Source: a virus (lineage: Duplodnaviria > Caudoviricetes). Taken from it: DNA of 37,927 bases. The notes below the pieces were generated by a model. It ran no database searches. It saw nothing but the letters and a program-made list of their open reading frames with translations, and was not told where the DNA came from. Positions 36,332 through 37,927 of the stretch are shown piece by piece. The position numbers were made by a program, and so were the translations under genes. Location of the stretch: positions 1 to 37,927 of the IMG/VR virus record IMGVR_UViG_3300007541_005699; one strand, given 5' to 3'. The first letter of the stretch is position 1. Each line of letters starts with the position of its first letter.

Positions 36332-37042
36332 ATGGCACTTAAAACCCTTTCATCCACAGGTATAGCTAATAATAATCCTATCTTACCAGGACAAGTAACC
36401 CAATCCGTTGATGCTTTTACAGGAGTCGAAGGTTATGCTATTACAGTATCTGGTTCATTTACATTTACAGGAGCAACCACAGGTAGTGGTGTTTTTAGTA
36501 ATGCTGTTACTGCTGTTACTTCTACTAATGCTTCAAAATTAAATCCTACATTAAACGATTCTACAAATCTAGAATATAATGTATTATTTGCTGGTACATC
36601 AAGTGCTACTTATGAACAGATTTTTAAAGAAGATGGAAATGTAATGACATATAATCCATCAACGGATTTATTAACTGTTACTTCATCATATGCCGTTTCT
36701 TCTTCTAGAGCAATTTCATCATCATATTCAGATAATGCTACTGTTAGTCAAGTAAATACTCAACAATATTATAATGGAGTAAGTGTTGTTAATGGTGATT
36801 TTAAATTTGTTGCTGGTGTAGCTGCTATGAGTAATAGTTCTGCTACAAGTAGTATATTTACTAATTTAGCGGGTAAAACCTTAGGAACAAATGCTTGGAT
36901 TAATGCTAATTTTTATGGTGCGGTTTCAACAAATGAAGGAATAACAGTAACTAGTATTTCTTCAAGTGGTGAAGTGTTATTTGAATGTGCTCCCCCATCA
37001 AACATAAATAATACTATTATATTTACAGGAATTTATATATAA
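36332..37042 (+). CDS. Ser/Thr-rich putative virion fibre protein
   Basis: S/T/A/N-rich; TYNPSTDLL and SSYAVSSSRA fibre-like segments; preceded by the late motif. Confidence 0.55.
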   Translation: MALKTLSSTGIANNNPILPGQVTQSVDAFTGVEGYAITVSGSFTFTGATTGSGVFSNAVTAVTSTNASKLNPTLNDSTNLEYNVLFAGTSSATYEQIFKEDGNVMTYNPSTDLLTVTSSYAVSSSRAISSSYSDNATVSQVNTQQYYNGVSVVNGDFKFVAGVAAMSNSSATSSIFTNLAGKTLGTNAWINANFYGAVSTNEGITVTSISSSGEVLFECAPPSNINNTIIFTGIYI

Positions 37043-37052
37043 AAAATAACAT

Positions 37053-37304
37053 ATGGAAAATAAAGTTTTAACACAAGAAGAGTTACAATCATTAAAAAAA
37101 CTTCAAGAAACAAGAAACCAATTAGTTTCGGATTTTGGTTTTACAGAAATTCAAATCCAAGAACTAGAATTACAAAAAGATACACTTGTTAAGTCTTTAG
37201 AAGAATTAAAACAAGAAGAGTATCGCTTAGGTAACGAAATACAAAATAAATACGGTAGAGTTCAAGTTAATTTAGACAGTGGAGAAATCACTCCCCTAGA
37301 TTAA
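37053..37304 (+). CDS. Small coiled-coil hypothetical protein
   Basis: 83 aa, heptad-rich, ending KYG..NLDSGEI; sits just before the tail sheath gene. Confidence 0.65.
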   Translation: MENKVLTQEELQSLKKLQETRNQLVSDFGFTEIQIQELELQKDTLVKSLEELKQEEYRLGNEIQNKYGRVQVNLDSGEITPLD

Positions 37305-37321
37305 TTTTGATTTTTTCTGCC

Positions 37322-37329
37322 ATATTTAT
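37322..37329 (+). promoter_or_regulatory. Candidate late promoter ATATTTAT
   Basis: Intergenic, upstream of the tail sheath ATG at 37362. Confidence 0.55.
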
Positions 37330-37361
37330 TATGGAATAAAATTAAATTAATTTAAAAAAAC

Positions 37362-37927
37362 ATGGCAGAAACATTAATATCTCCTGGCGTATTAGCAAGA
37401 GAAAACGATCAATCCTTTATTTCCCAACAACCTGTAACCGTTGGGGCTGCTATTATTGGTCCTACTGTAAAAGGTCCTGTAGAAGTTCCTACAATTGTTA
37501 CCTCTTACAGTGATTACCAAAATAGATTTGGTACTACATTTTTGAGTGGTAGCCAAATTTATACTTATTTCACTTCTATAGCAGCTTATAACTATTTTAA
37601 TAACGGTGGTGAAACAATGTTGGTAGCAAGAGTAGCAAGCGGTTCATGGACTGAAGCTTCTTCTTCTATTGTTAATAGCACTTTAGCAACAACTGCTTCT
37701 TTTGATACTACTTTAACGGCAGTATCTGAAAGCTGTGATTTGAACGAATCTGGATCTCTTACTATAAATGGTATTACTTTATTATTTACTAGCTCTATTG
37801 GATATAGTGCTGGTATGAACACTTCTACTACTATTTTCATTGATACAGGATCATTTAACGCTCAAGCTGTTGCTGACTACGCTGCTACAGGATCTGCTAT
37901 TTTTAACGTTAGTAAATCAATTTCTCC
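37362..37927 (+). CDS. gp18: Contractile tail sheath protein (3'-truncated; absent from the ORF track)
   Basis: Translates as MAETLISPGVLARENDQS...AAIIGPTVKGP..PTIVTSYSDY..RFG...AYNYFNNGG..LVARV, the classic sheath N-terminus; open to the window end. Confidence 0.92.
   Translation, partial: MAETLISPGVLARENDQSFISQQPVTVGAAIIGPTVKGPVEVPTIVTSYSDYQNRFGTTFLSGSQIYTYFTSIAAYNYFNNGGETMLVARVASGSWTEASSSIVNSTLATTASFDTTLTAVSESCDLNESGSLTINGITLLFTSSIGYSAGMNTSTTIFIDTGSFNAQAVADYAATGSAIFNVSKSIS

Noticed and set aside
37592-37840. 82-aa minus-strand ORF
   Set aside because: Antisense to the tail sheath gene starting at 37362; the same reasoning applies to the minus ORFs at 6004, 11330, 24701, 29982 and 33692.
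1-37927. tRNA/rRNA genes, introns, inteins or stop-codon reassignment
   Set aside because: Intergenic gaps are short with no cloverleaf seen, and the conserved genes are full-length under the standard code.

Overview
A 38-kb late (virion morphogenesis) region of a large T4-like myovirus, with every real gene on the + strand. The AT-rich, Shine-Dalgarno-less starts suggest a Bacteroidota host. Gene order: prohead protease, scaffold, major capsid, small virion proteins, an amidinotransferase + phosphatidylserine-decarboxylase-like + PhoH trio, neck/tail-completion genes (gp13/14/15-like), a ~25-kb insert, then the tail sheath (truncated at the window end). The insert encodes a 3484-aa proline-free Gly-Ser/Thr-Ser protein with 1053 in-register Gly-X-Y triplets, a Thr-rich collagen fibre with an S74 chaperone, a LamG lectin-like protein, and an 11-gene modification cluster. 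That cluster holds a 2OG-Fe(II) hydroxylase, a GH130-like propeller, five methyltransferases, a radical SAM enzyme, GT-A-like and GT9 transferases, and a GT4 fused to a TibC/Aah-type protein O-heptosyltransferase. Best hypothesis: a phage-encoded system that hyper-glycosylates and methylates giant collagen-like virion filaments. Family assignments come from motif recognition by eye, not database searches.
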